A stretch of 64,000 bases of DNA from assembly GCA_965203055.1 (NCBI GenBank), contig OZ241863.1:1248001-1312000 (forward strand), given 5' to 3'. Of the stretch, positions 48,764 through 58,493 are shown piece after piece. The notes under the pieces are model-generated. The model had not been told where the DNA came from. It ran no database searches and saw nothing but the letters and a program-made list of their open reading frames with translations. Origin of the DNA: Spirochaetia bacterium. Lineage in GTDB: Bacteria > Spirochaetota > Spirochaetia > SZUA-6 > Bin103. The translations under genes were made by a program, and so were the position numbers. Position 1 is the stretch's first letter; each line of letters begins with the position of its first letter.

Positions 48764-50023
48764 ATGGATACCACAATCGCCGCCGTGGAACGCATCCTGC
48801 TGTGGGTGCCGATGGCGCAGCGCATCCGCGTCGAGATGGAGCGGGCCGGCATTCACACCTGGTCGGAGGTCGAGGTGATTCGCGTGACTACCGAATCAGG
48901 GGTTACCGGCTGGGGCGAGACGCTGCAGAACTACACCTGGGGCCGCGCTGACGCCGACCGGCGCGTCATCGGCCGCTCGCCGTTCGAGCTGTACTGGGAC
49001 GACAGCCTGGGCGCCGGGCTGCAAATGGCGCTGCTGGACTTGGCCGGCAAGCTGGCCGGCGTGCCGGCGCACCGCCTGCTCGGGGCGCAGGTGCGCAGCC
49101 ACTGTCCGGTGTCGTTCTGGGACCACGACATGGCGCCGGAGCGGTACGCGGCGGAAGCGCGCGAGGCGGTGCGTCTGGGCTACACCGGCATGAAGATCAA
49201 GACGCGGCCCTGGTGGGACGTTACCGAGACCATCGCCCGTATCTCCGCGGCCACCCCGCCGTGGTTCGCCATCGACGCCGACTGGAACGACTTCCTGCTC
49301 GACGCTCCCACCGCGCTGCCGGTGCTGAGCGCCCTGGAAGCGGAGTTCCCGAAGATCAAGCTCTTCGAGGGACCGATTCCGGCCTCCGACGTCGACGGCA
49401 ACCGGCGGCTGCGCGCCGCGCTGCGGACGCCGATCGCGCACCACTACCCGGAGGAGCCGCAGGGGGTGGCGCGCAGCGAGTACTGCGACGGCTACGTGCT
49501 CGGCGGCGGCATCTCCGCGGTCTGCCGCGCCGGCCACTTCGCCGGCGCCGCGCGCATGCCGTTCTTCCTGCAGTTGGTCGGCACCGGGCTGACCGCCTCG
49601 CTGTGCCTGCATCTGGGCGCGGTGCTGGCCGCGGCGCGCTGGCCGGCGGTCACCGTGCATGAACTGTACGAGCACCACCTGCTCACCGCGCGCATCCCGG
49701 TCGCCGGCGGCTACGCTGCCGTGCCGGCGCGGCCGGGGCTGGGGATCGAGGTGGACGAAGCGGCGCTCGACCGCTACCGCGTCGCGCGGGCGGACACGAC
49801 CCTGCCGCGGCGGTTGATTCGCTATCGGCGGCCGTCCGGACTGACCGTCCACTTCGCGCCCGAGGCGCGGCCCGGATCGTCGATGTGGAGCTACTTCGCC
49901 GCCGGCAATCAACCGGCCTGCGAACGCGGCGTGATCACCGAGCTGCTCGACGACGACGGCAGCGCGGAGTTCCGGCGCCTGTACGAGCGCGCCGCGGCCG
50001 GTCCGGTGGTCGGTACCGGTTGA
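48764..50023 (+). CDS. Mandelate racemase/muconate lactonizing enzyme family protein
   Basis: GWGE, ALLDLAGK, MKIK, DADWN, FEGP, PGLGIEVD. Confidence 0.88.
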   Translation: MDTTIAAVERILLWVPMAQRIRVEMERAGIHTWSEVEVIRVTTESGVTGWGETLQNYTWGRADADRRVIGRSPFELYWDDSLGAGLQMALLDLAGKLAGVPAHRLLGAQVRSHCPVSFWDHDMAPERYAAEAREAVRLGYTGMKIKTRPWWDVTETIARISAATPPWFAIDADWNDFLLDAPTALPVLSALEAEFPKIKLFEGPIPASDVDGNRRLRAALRTPIAHHYPEEPQGVARSEYCDGYVLGGGISAVCRAGHFAGAARMPFFLQLVGTGLTASLCLHLGAVLAAARWPAVTVHELYEHHLLTARIPVAGGYAAVPARPGLGIEVDEAALDRYRVARADTTLPRRLIRYRRPSGLTVHFAPEARPGSSMWSYFAAGNQPACERGVITELLDDDGSAEFRRLYERAAAGPVVGTG

Positions 50024-50057
50024 ACCGCGTGCCCCCCGCGTGCGCCGCGCCGGGCGC

Positions 50058-50558
50058 TCAGTCGGCGGGGAGCTCCTCCAGGTGCAAAGCGGTGGTGATC
50101 CGCATGCAACCGCGCAGGGTAACGGCTACCGGGCAGCGGTCGGCGTGAAACCGGTGGGCGCGCTCCGCCGCGGCGCGCCGGTCCGGGGGCAGCCGCAGAT
50201 GGTAGTCGACGTGCACCGCTCGGATGACCAGCACCGAGCCCTCTTTGCCTATGTATCCGGTCGCTTCGCTGGTGAGGAAGCCCTCACCGGCGGGTATGTC
50301 GCGCGCTTCCAGCGCGCCTCCCAACGTACCGGTCAGTCACCCGGCGGCGGCCGCTACCACGTAATCGAGCGTGGTGGTATGCGGCTCGTGAACCTGCGGA
50401 TCGACCCCGTAGTGTTGCGCCACTTCCGAATGAACCCCGAACCACACCGGCGCGGGCTCAGCCGGCAGGTGGGCGCGCCGCAACGGCCCCTTGATCCGCT
50501 CGATGCGTACCTGCGATTGATAGACGGTGTCCGACGGGACACCGGTCGAGTCAGCCAT
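50058..50558 (-). CDS. OsmC-like peroxiredoxin with in-frame UGA (probable selenocysteine)
   Basis: TLDYVVAAAAG-UGA-LTGTLGGALEAR; second Cys in CPV; hairpin follows the UGA. Confidence 0.8.
50284..50336 (-). promoter_or_regulatory. Putative bacterial SECIS element
   Basis: GCGCGCU-GGA-AGCGCGC apical stem starting 19 nt after UGA, plus lower stem ACCGG/CCGGU. Confidence 0.65.
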
Positions 50559-50705
50559 ACGCCCACCTTACCCCTTGGCGGCGGTTTCCGCCACCCCCGC
50601 AAAGCCGCCAAGCCGCCCCCGGCGCTCCGCCGCCGGCGTTTGACTGCCGGGGCGAAACGGGCTACCAAACACAGGCGCGGCTGCCGGCGCCGCAAGCGAG
50701 CCTGG

Positions 50706-51743
50706 ATGGCGGAAACTCTCAGATACGGACTGATCGGGTGCGGCGGAATCGCGCGCGGCCACATGGGCGCCTACCGCCACCTGTTCGAGTTGGCGGCATG
50801 CTGTGACGTCTACGAGCCCGCGGCGCGCGCGTTCCAACGCCGGTTCGGCTTCCGGCGCACCTACGCCGACTTCCGCGCCATGCTCGACACCGAGCGCCTC
50901 GACTTCGTTACGGTGTGCACCTCCTCGACCCACGAGCGGCTCGACATCGTGCTCGCCTGCGCGGCCGCCGGCACGCACGTGCTGGTGGAGAAGCCGATGG
51001 CGCTCACCCGCGAACAGGCGCGGCGAATGGTGGCCGCCTGCGCCGCCGCTGGCGTCAAGCTCGCGGTGTCCCAGCAGTACCGCAACTTCCCGCACGTCAA
51101 GGCGGCCTTCGAGCTGCTCCACTCCGGCGCATTGGGAAAGCCGTTCCTGGGCGAACTGCGCATGGCGCACCTCGGCTGGTTCCCGCTCAAGGGCGCCAAG
51201 CGCAGCGACTACTTCGTGAAGTACGACAAGGTGCTGCTGCTCAACGGCACCGTCCACCACTTCGACATGCTGCGCTACCTGCTCGCCGCCGAGCCGCAGC
51301 GCATCTACACGCGCGCCGGGCAGGCGCCGTTCCGCACCGCCATCGGCGAACGCGGCGACACCTGGAGCGTCTCCACGGTCGATTTCCCCGGCTGCACCGT
51401 GCAGGTGTTCAACTCCTCCGACTGCCACGGCGGCACCGTCCAATGGGACGGTTGGATGCACCTCGAATGCGAGCGCGGCGCGCTGTATCTCAACCCCGAC
51501 GCCGATACGCCGTTGAAGGCGTACAGCGCGGAGCTGAAGGCGTGGATCGTGCCGGAGCTGCCGGCCCGCGACCAGTTTCGCAACCTCGCCTGGCAGGCCA
51601 CGGTGCGCCAGTTCACCCGGTGGATCGCCGGCGGCGCGGAACATCCCACCAGCGGCCGCGATAATCTCAAGACCCTGGCGCTGGTGTTCGCGGCCTACGA
51701 CTCGGCCGCGCAGGCGGCGCCGGTGGAGGTGGGTCCGACATGA
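50706..51743 (+). CDS. Gfo/Idh/MocA family oxidoreductase
   Basis: GLIGCGGIA, HVLVEKPMA, HHFD. Confidence 0.9.
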   Translation: MAETLRYGLIGCGGIARGHMGAYRHLFELAACCDVYEPAARAFQRRFGFRRTYADFRAMLDTERLDFVTVCTSSTHERLDIVLACAAAGTHVLVEKPMALTREQARRMVAACAAAGVKLAVSQQYRNFPHVKAAFELLHSGALGKPFLGELRMAHLGWFPLKGAKRSDYFVKYDKVLLLNGTVHHFDMLRYLLAAEPQRIYTRAGQAPFRTAIGERGDTWSVSTVDFPGCTVQVFNSSDCHGGTVQWDGWMHLECERGALYLNPDADTPLKAYSAELKAWIVPELPARDQFRNLAWQATVRQFTRWIAGGAEHPTSGRDNLKTLALVFAAYDSAAQAAPVEVGPT

Positions 51744-51781
51744 GCATGAGCATGAGCATGAGCATGAGCATGAGCATGAGC
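51740..51781 (+). repeat. (ATGAGC)x7 microsatellite at the gene junction
   Basis: Read directly; encodes (MS)7. Confidence 0.9.
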
Positions 51782-52669
51782 GGCGGTCGGGTGCTGGGGG
51801 CGCCGCAACTCGCCGAGCTGCGGGAGCGCGGGTACTACCTGCTGCGCGGACTGATCGACGGCGCGGAAGCAGGGGAGTTGCTGGCGGAAACGCGGCGCCT
51901 GATCGACCGGGCGCCGGCCGAACCGGGCGCGCCGGACGACCTCCGCGGCATCCCCGTAAGCCAGCCCGAGGACTACGTATTTGCCCGTGACCCCGGCGGC
52001 CAACCGGTGCTGAACCGCATCAGGTTTCCGCTGTGGCGCTCGCGTCCGTTCCTGGAGGTATACGGCAATCCGCGCATCCTGCACGCCGCGAATGACCTGT
52101 ACGGCGATATGATGGTGCCGTTCGACGAATCGATCGTGCTCAAGCTTCCGTACCACGGCGCCGGCTTCGCGTGGCACCAGGATGGCTCCTTCAAGACCGG
52201 AGCGGCCGCCGAGCGCGGCCACAACTTCGGCATCTACCTGACCTCCTCTACGGTTGCCAACGGCGCGTTGCACGTGCTGCCCGGCTCGCATCGGCGCGGC
52301 ATTCTCGACTTGCAGGAGATGGAGTCCCAACACGGCTTTGCGCTGCCCGGCGCCGCCGCGGCGCCGGCGGGACCGGGCGATGCCAACGTGCACAGCCGCT
52401 CCATCGCGCACGGCTCGCCGCCCAACGCCTCACCCGAGCTGCGCGCGACCTGGTACGTCGGCTTCCACCACCGCGCCGCGATCAGCGGCGTGTGGGATGC
52501 GTCCGCAATCGAGGCGCGGCGGCTCCTGATCCCGCTCGCCGTGGAAGCGCGCCGGCGTTCCGGCCGCTTCCCGCAGGAGGAACCGTTCCCGTACCAACGG
52601 CTGGGGCTGAAGCCTCCCGCCGCCGGCGCCCGCGAGCGCGCCCTGCGGGCGCCCGGCCTGCACGTCTAG
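51740..52669 (+). CDS. PhyH family dioxygenase
   Basis: WHQD, NGALHVLPGSH, HGS..N..R. Confidence 0.88.
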   Translation: MSMSMSMSMSMSMSGGRVLGAPQLAELRERGYYLLRGLIDGAEAGELLAETRRLIDRAPAEPGAPDDLRGIPVSQPEDYVFARDPGGQPVLNRIRFPLWRSRPFLEVYGNPRILHAANDLYGDMMVPFDESIVLKLPYHGAGFAWHQDGSFKTGAAAERGHNFGIYLTSSTVANGALHVLPGSHRRGILDLQEMESQHGFALPGAAAAPAGPGDANVHSRSIAHGSPPNASPELRATWYVGFHHRAAISGVWDASAIEARRLLIPLAVEARRRSGRFPQEEPFPYQRLGLKPPAAGARERALRAPGLHV

Positions 52670-52816
52670 GCGGGACAGCATGATAGCCGCGCAGTCCAGG
52701 ATTGCTGTCTTGCCGGCGCCGTTGACTCCTGCCAGCACGTTTACGTGGTCCGAGAACTCGAGGGTGAGGTCGCGAATACCTCTGAAATTGGACAGCGTGA
52801 GAGAGCGGAGCTTCAT
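52666..52816 (-). pseudogene. N-terminal relic of an ABC/SMC-type AAA ATPase
   Basis: MKLRSLTLSNFRGI..LAGVNGAGKTAILD, cut off after ~50 codons at the PhyH stop. Confidence 0.75.
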
Positions 52817-52828
52817 CGTCGCCGGCTT

Positions 52829-53845
52829 TCAGGGAGCGTCGGACCAGTGGATCAGGGCGCCGAGCACGCCGTCGGGGTTGCCGTTCAGGATGCCGCGGTA
52901 GAGATCGGGGGCCGCGGCGCTGGTGACCCGGTGGGTCACGGTGTGCTCCCAGGGCAGGTAGCCGAGCGCCAGGTTGTGCATGATCATCTCGCGCGCCGGC
53001 TCCTCGCCGTCGTTGCAGGGGAAGAACATCCGCAGGCGCTTGCCGTGCGGCACCGGGTAGCGGAAGTGGATCGGCTCCTTGCCGTAGTGCCCCTGCCACA
53101 CGAACTTGCCCCCGGCCCGCGTCAGGGCGATGGCGGCGTCGACGTTGCGCGGCAGTCCGCTGGCCTCGAACACCACGTCGCAGCCTCCCGGCCAGCGCTC
53201 CTCGACGGCGCGCGCCGCGTCGGTGGCGGAGGCGTCGATCAGGTGGCGGGCGCCCAGCTTGCGCGCCACCTCCAGGCGCGCCGCGTCGCGGTCCACCGCC
53301 GCGACCACGCAGCCGCGCAGGTTGGCCCACATCACCACCGACAGACCCACCAGGCCAACCCCGAACACCAGCACCGAATCGCCGAGCCGCGGGTTGCTGA
53401 CGTCCACGCCGTGCAGGCCGACTCCCGGCAGCACGAAGGCGCTGGCCACGTCGACCGGCACCCCTGCGGGCAGCGGGGCGGTACCCGGACGGCGCCCGTC
53501 CACCACTGCGTGGCTGCAGTGCGTGCCGGCCACGGTGCATACCTGCTCGCCGCCGAGCAGCATGCCGGGACTGTTGCGGAAGTACACCAGCTCGCCGGGG
53601 GCGTAGCCGGCCACCGCGGCGCCGGCCGCCTCGACCACTCCGGTCGCCATGTAGCCGGTGCACAGCGGGTAGCTGACCCCGGCCAGCGCGGCGCGCACGA
53701 ACATGAACTCGGTGCCGATGCTGACCCCCGACCACAGCGTGCGGATCACCAGATCGTGGGGGCCCGGATCGGGCAGCGTAACCTCTTGCAGCGCGAACCG
53801 GCGCTGCGCGTCGCAAATCAGCGCGCGTGCGTTCACTTGGCCCAA
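52829..53845 (-). CDS. MDR-family (zinc-binding type) dehydrogenase
   Basis: SGVSIGTE, GY..TGVV, GVGLVG, DVVFEASG. Confidence 0.85.
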   Translation of the reverse strand: MGQVNARALICDAQRRFALQEVTLPDPGPHDLVIRTLWSGVSIGTEFMFVRAALAGVSYPLCTGYMATGVVEAAGAAVAGYAPGELVYFRNSPGMLLGGEQVCTVAGTHCSHAVVDGRRPGTAPLPAGVPVDVASAFVLPGVGLHGVDVSNPRLGDSVLVFGVGLVGLSVVMWANLRGCVVAAVDRDAARLEVARKLGARHLIDASATDAARAVEERWPGGCDVVFEASGLPRNVDAAIALTRAGGKFVWQGHYGKEPIHFRYPVPHGKRLRMFFPCNDGEEPAREMIMHNLALGYLPWEHTVTHRVTSAAAPDLYRGILNGNPDGVLGALIHWSDAP

Positions 53846-54001
53846 CTCCTTATCTCCTCCCGTCGTGTTGATGATAGCAGTTTGTCGCCCTCCGGTGCCG
53901 GATGCGCGCGCGGCAGGGGAGGGCGGCCTGAAGGGCAGCCGCTGGAGCGCCCGCTTACGACACCTGCGGCTGGGGCCGAACCCTCGTCAGGGGAGCCCGT
54001 G

Positions 54002-54669
54002 TCAGGGGAGGGGAGACCCCTGGCCGGACCCGCGGGCGGGCGCCGTCGGCTCCGGGTCGAGGAACACCTCCCGGTACAGCGCTTCGATGCGCCCGACTTC
54101 GGCGCCGGTCAGCGCGGCGAACTCCTGCGTCCGGCCGCGGCGCGACAGCTTTCCGTCGTTCTGGCGCAGGAACCGGAACAGCAGGTCGGTCAGCCGGTCC
54201 GGCATGTCGACGATCAGGTTCAGTCCGGCGCGAAACGCATCGTGGCGCCGCAGAAACTCGGCCTCGTCCGGCAGATGGCGCTCGATGGTGTGTTGCACGC
54301 ATCCGTACAGGAACTCGGCGTGCGGGGTGGCATCGAAGAACCGGTAGAAGTCAGCGGTGTCGTTCAATACGGCGACGTTGCCGCCGGCGGTCACCTTCCA
54401 GTCTACCGCCGGCAGCAGCCGCGTCGAGTAAGGGTCAGGTGGCCGGCCAGGCTGGGCGGGGGCGCGTAGCGCGGCGAGTAGATGCGCCAGCCGTCCTGCG
54501 CCACGAGGCGGTGCCGCTCCCCGATGGCGCTCAGCGTGCGCGGGAGCGGCACGTTCAGGCCGCAGGCGTCGATGAGCGCCGCGTAGCCCGCCGGAGCGGC
54601 GGTTACGGGAAGGCGCTGGTCCCGAAAAACGCTAACTGGCGGTGAAAAACAGTGCCGGATGGCCCTCAC
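54002..54669 (-). pseudogene. Fic-family gene relic: N- and C-termini joined, catalytic core absent
   Basis: PAGYAALID..GHLT joined at ~54431 to YSTRLLP..YRFFDATPHAEFLY..VDMPDR; no HPFxxGNGR. Confidence 0.65.
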
Positions 54670-54704
54670 CCATTCAGACGCGACTGCAGGTGTCCGGGTA
54701 GGGA

Positions 54705-55667
54705 TCACCCGCGGTCCTCGATGATCGTGTCTGAAATCGGGCCGCCCCTTATGGGTACGCCCGGTATTCCGGTAGGCTTGCCTCCGTTCCAGCGCAAGGC
54801 CCCGCGGCGAGCCGCGGCGCGGACCGCTTGGCGGGCAGGGGAGGCCGGCTCCACGGCGGGGCGGCCGTTGCGCTCCACCCATACGCCGCAGGGGCCGCCG
54901 TCCGCGCTCTCTTCCAGAGACGCTTCGCGGCCATCCATATCCAGCACCGGGAAATAGTGGCGGGCCACCTGCCGCGCCTCGCCGGCGACGTAGTGGGCGA
55001 TCAGCGCCCGCCGGAAGCGGCTGCGGCTGCGGTTCGGCAGGCTGCCGTGGATCACCTGGCCGTTGAAGAACAGCACGTCGCCCGGCTCCATGACTACCTC
55101 GACCGGCGTCAGGCCCGCCGGCAGCGGCACCGTGACCGCGGTGAAGCTCACCTCGCGGTCGGCCTGTTCGGTGCACAGCACGGGCACGTCATGGGTGCCC
55201 GGCACCAACTGCAGGCAACCGTTCTCGCGGTCGCAGCGGTCTACCGCCATCCAGGCGGCGATGCAGGTGCCCGGCTGCGCGCGCAAGTAGTACTGGTCCT
55301 GATGCAGGGCCTGCCCGCGCGCGCCCGGCGGCTTGAAGTAGTACATGGTCTGCACCGCGTAGGGATCGCGCCCGGCAAGGGCGTTGAGCCAGCCCCGCAG
55401 GCGCGCGTCGAGCAACCAGGCGCGGCTCACCGAATCATGCCGGTGCGGGTGCATGAGGCGCGGGTACTCGGCCAGCGGATCGCGCGCGTCGCCGATTCCG
55501 TCGCCGGCCGGCAGCGCGCCGGCGGCCAGCCGGCTCCGGCGCATGGCGTCGAAGTGCTCGCGCAGGCGGTCGACCTCGGCGCCCGGGAACAGGCCGGGCA
55601 CCAGGGCGAAGCCATGCTCGCGGTAGTGCCGCGCCAGAGACGAATCGAGGGCTGTCGCATGCGCCAT
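54705..55667 (-). CDS. PhyH family dioxygenase
   Basis: FKPPGARGQALHQD, ENGCL..PGTH, IHGSLPN. Confidence 0.88.
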   Translation of the reverse strand: MAHATALDSSLARHYREHGFALVPGLFPGAEVDRLREHFDAMRRSRLAAGALPAGDGIGDARDPLAEYPRLMHPHRHDSVSRAWLLDARLRGWLNALAGRDPYAVQTMYYFKPPGARGQALHQDQYYLRAQPGTCIAAWMAVDRCDRENGCLQLVPGTHDVPVLCTEQADREVSFTAVTVPLPAGLTPVEVVMEPGDVLFFNGQVIHGSLPNRSRSRFRRALIAHYVAGEARQVARHYFPVLDMDGREASLEESADGGPCGVWVERNGRPAVEPASPARQAVRAAARRGALRWNGGKPTGIPGVPIRGGPISDTIIEDRG

Positions 55668-55901
55668 CGGGTTGCTCCTTTGGCCGGCCCGCCGGACTTG
55701 CGCGCGCCGCCGCCTGGGGGTTCGCCGTCCGTCCCCGGCTAAGCTGAACGGGCGGACTTCAGCGGCACCGCCACCGTGCCGGCGGCCGTGTTTGCAGTAT
55801 AGGCCCCCTGCGGCGCAAGCAACAGCCTTGAGCTGTACGGCAGGCAGACACGCGTGGCCCGCGCCGGGGTATTCTGAGCCCTGAGGCATCGTACCGGCAC
55901 C

Positions 55902-57497
55902 ATGCGCAAGTTCAACACCGAAGGCCCCGTCGTCGCCGCGGATCACTACCTCGTCCCGCCGCTGCAGCGGGTGAATCTCGGCGAGGTGCTGGACCTGATA
56001 AGGGACAAGCGCTACTTCGTGCTGCACGCGCCCCGGCAGACCGGTAAGACGTCGCTCCTCCTGGCGCTGCGCGACCTGCTCAACAGCGGCGCCGAAGGCC
56101 GCTTCCGTTGCGTGTACGTCAACGTCGAAGGCGCGCAGGCGGCCCGGGAAGACGTGGCCCGCGCCATCCGCGCCGTCATGAGCCGCCTGGCCTCGCGGGC
56201 GCGGCGGCTGGGCGACGATTTCCCGGACCAGGTCTGGGCGGACCTGCTGGCGAAGTGCGGACCCGACGACGCTCTGGCCGAACTGCTGACGCAGTGGAGC
56301 GCGGCGGATGCGCGCCCCCTGGTGCTGTTGATCGACGAGATCGACGTGCTGATCGGCGACGCGCTGCTGGCGGTGTTGCGCCAGTTGCGGGCCGGCTACG
56401 ACGAACGCCCGTCCGGCTTTCCGCAGAGTATCGCGCTGTGCGGCGTGCGCGACGTGCGCGACTACCGCATTCACGCCGACTCGCGGAACGAGCCGATAGC
56501 CGGAGGCAGCCCGTTCAACGTCAAGGCGGCGTCGTTGCGCCTGGGGGACTTTACCGAGACCGAGGTGCGCGCCCTGCTCGCGCAGCACACCGCGGAGACC
56601 GGGCAGCCGTTCACGCCGGAGGCGCTCGCTGCGGTATGGAATCAGACCCGCGGGCAGCCGTGGCTGGTGAACGCGCTTTGCCGCCGCGCCTGCTTCGACG
56701 CCGAGGGCGGCCGCGACCGCGCGCGCGGCATCACGCGCGATGCCATTCTCGCCGCCCAGGAGCACCTGATCGTGAGCCGCCAGACTCACCTCGACCAGCT
56801 CGCCGACAAGCTGCAGGAAGCGCGCGTGCGGCGCGTGGTCGAACCGCTGCTGAGCGGCGCCGCCGAGAGCGCGTTCACGGCGCGCGACCTGGAGTACGTC
56901 CGCGACCTGGGTCTGGTCGCGCCGGAGGAAGCGCCGCGCATCGCCAACCCGATCTACGCGGAGGTGGTGCCGCGCGAGCTCACCAGCGCGGCGCAGGCGG
57001 GCCTGGTGCAGGAAACCGCCTGGTACGTCGATGGCGCGGGCCGGCTGGAAGTCGACAAGCTGCTCGCCAGCTTCCAGCAGTTCTTCCGCGAGCACTCCGA
57101 ACATTGGGTGGCGCGCTTCGACTACGCCGAAGCGGGGCCACAGCTCCTGTTGCAGGCGTTCCTGCAGCGCATCGTGAACGGCGGCGGCCGCATCGAGCGG
57201 GAGTATGGCCTGGGCCGCGGCCGCACCGACCTGCTCATCATCTGGCCGCGCGGCGGCGGCGCGCCGCCGCCTGCCGAGGACCGGTTCGTGGTCGAGTGCA
57301 AGGTGCTGCGCGGCAGCCTGCAGCGGACGGTGGCGGAGGGCCTGGAACAGACCGCCGGCTACCTGGACCGCTGCGCCGCGCAGGCCGGCCATCTGGTGAT
57401 CTTCGACCGTACCGCCGGGAAGCGCTGGGCAGACAAGCTGTTTCGCCGCGCGCAACGCTCCGGCGACGGACGCCCCATCACCATCTGGGGAATGTAG
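55902..57497 (+). CDS. AAA-like ATPase with C-terminal PD-(D/E)XK-type domain
   Basis: FNTEGP, HAPRQTGKT, LIDEID; REY..GRTDL..VVECK..EQTAGY. Confidence 0.85.
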   Translation: MRKFNTEGPVVAADHYLVPPLQRVNLGEVLDLIRDKRYFVLHAPRQTGKTSLLLALRDLLNSGAEGRFRCVYVNVEGAQAAREDVARAIRAVMSRLASRARRLGDDFPDQVWADLLAKCGPDDALAELLTQWSAADARPLVLLIDEIDVLIGDALLAVLRQLRAGYDERPSGFPQSIALCGVRDVRDYRIHADSRNEPIAGGSPFNVKAASLRLGDFTETEVRALLAQHTAETGQPFTPEALAAVWNQTRGQPWLVNALCRRACFDAEGGRDRARGITRDAILAAQEHLIVSRQTHLDQLADKLQEARVRRVVEPLLSGAAESAFTARDLEYVRDLGLVAPEEAPRIANPIYAEVVPRELTSAAQAGLVQETAWYVDGAGRLEVDKLLASFQQFFREHSEHWVARFDYAEAGPQLLLQAFLQRIVNGGGRIEREYGLGRGRTDLLIIWPRGGGAPPPAEDRFVVECKVLRGSLQRTVAEGLEQTAGYLDRCAAQAGHLVIFDRTAGKRWADKLFRRAQRSGDGRPITIWGM

Positions 57498-57549
57498 TCC
57501 CTCGGGCCTACAGGCCGCCGGGGGCGCCGGAGGGCACCGGCGGGGCTGT

Positions 57550-57578
57550 TTGACACACTGAATCTGTTGCTCTACGAT
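57550..57578 (+). promoter_or_regulatory. Sigma70-type promoter
   Basis: TTGACA-17 nt-TACGAT. Confidence 0.65.
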
Positions 57579-57868
57579 ACGATCTACTCTGAAATCGATC
57601 TGGCCGCGAACGCGAATCGGTGTCCCGCACAAGTCGGTCATCACGCGGAATACCACAGCCCATCATGCGGATACTGGGAACAGTTACCCATCGGTCCGCG
57701 GGCAAATACGCGCGTGAAATCCAACAACTATTCAGGGGGAACATCTGCGTGTCGGATCGATTTCAAGACGGCCCGGCACTTGGAGAGGCGCGCATGGACC
57801 ACCGGCCCAAGCAGACGAAACTCCGCAGCGCAGCCTCGTACGCGGACAGATCAAAGGAGAGAGAGGAC

Positions 57869-58479
57869 ACGAAGCTTCTCAAGAAGACGGTCCTGGTGAT
57901 CGTTCTCATGGTTGCGCTGACGGTCAGCGCATTCTCGCAGGTGTACGTGTCCGCAGGAGGAAGTGCGCTGCTACCAGTGGAGATCGGCAGCAGCAGCGCC
58001 GCCAGCATAGAATACGGACTCGGCATTCGCGGCAGCGGCGCTGTCGGGTACGATCTGAACAACGGAGTGTTGGCGGAAGTCGAAGTGTCCTACTCGCGAG
58101 CGAACGCCAACGAAGTGTGCATCAATGACCGCTGCGTAGCAAGCTCTCAAACTTATGACGAAGCACCATTCGTCGGCACTACGTCGATCATGGTCAACGC
58201 TCAGTACGAGCTTGAAACCGGGTTTCCTGTTTGGCCCTATTTGGGGATTGGCGCCGGTTTTCAGGCTTTTTTCCGGTCGTACGGGAAACTGAAAACGGGA
58301 ACCACTCCAGAAAATCCCGACATTCTTTGGTTTTCGACCAGTCAGGCGCGCGCAGGAATCGCAGTTGACGTTGGAAGTGGTGTTGTCATACGTGCGGGTT
58401 TGGCGTCGGCACTATGAGCCCCGTGGCCGACTTCGTATTTCATCGGATCGACTTGGCGGTGCTCTACTTCATCCCGTAA
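57869..58479 (+). pseudogene. Outer-membrane beta-barrel (OmpA-like/porin) protein; ACG at expected start and frameshift near 58400
   Basis: Signal peptide KLLKKTVLVIVLMVALTVSAFS; AVGYD, EVEVSY, PYLGIGAG; one added T restores C-terminal ..HRIDLAVLYFIP*. Confidence 0.6.
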
Positions 58480-58493
58480 AGCCGCGGCGGCGT

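Noticed and set aside
50575..50611. Inverted repeat TTGGCGGC/GCCGCCAA between the osmC-like and Gfo genes
   Set aside because: 8-bp GC-rich stem with long loop; expected by chance at this GC content.
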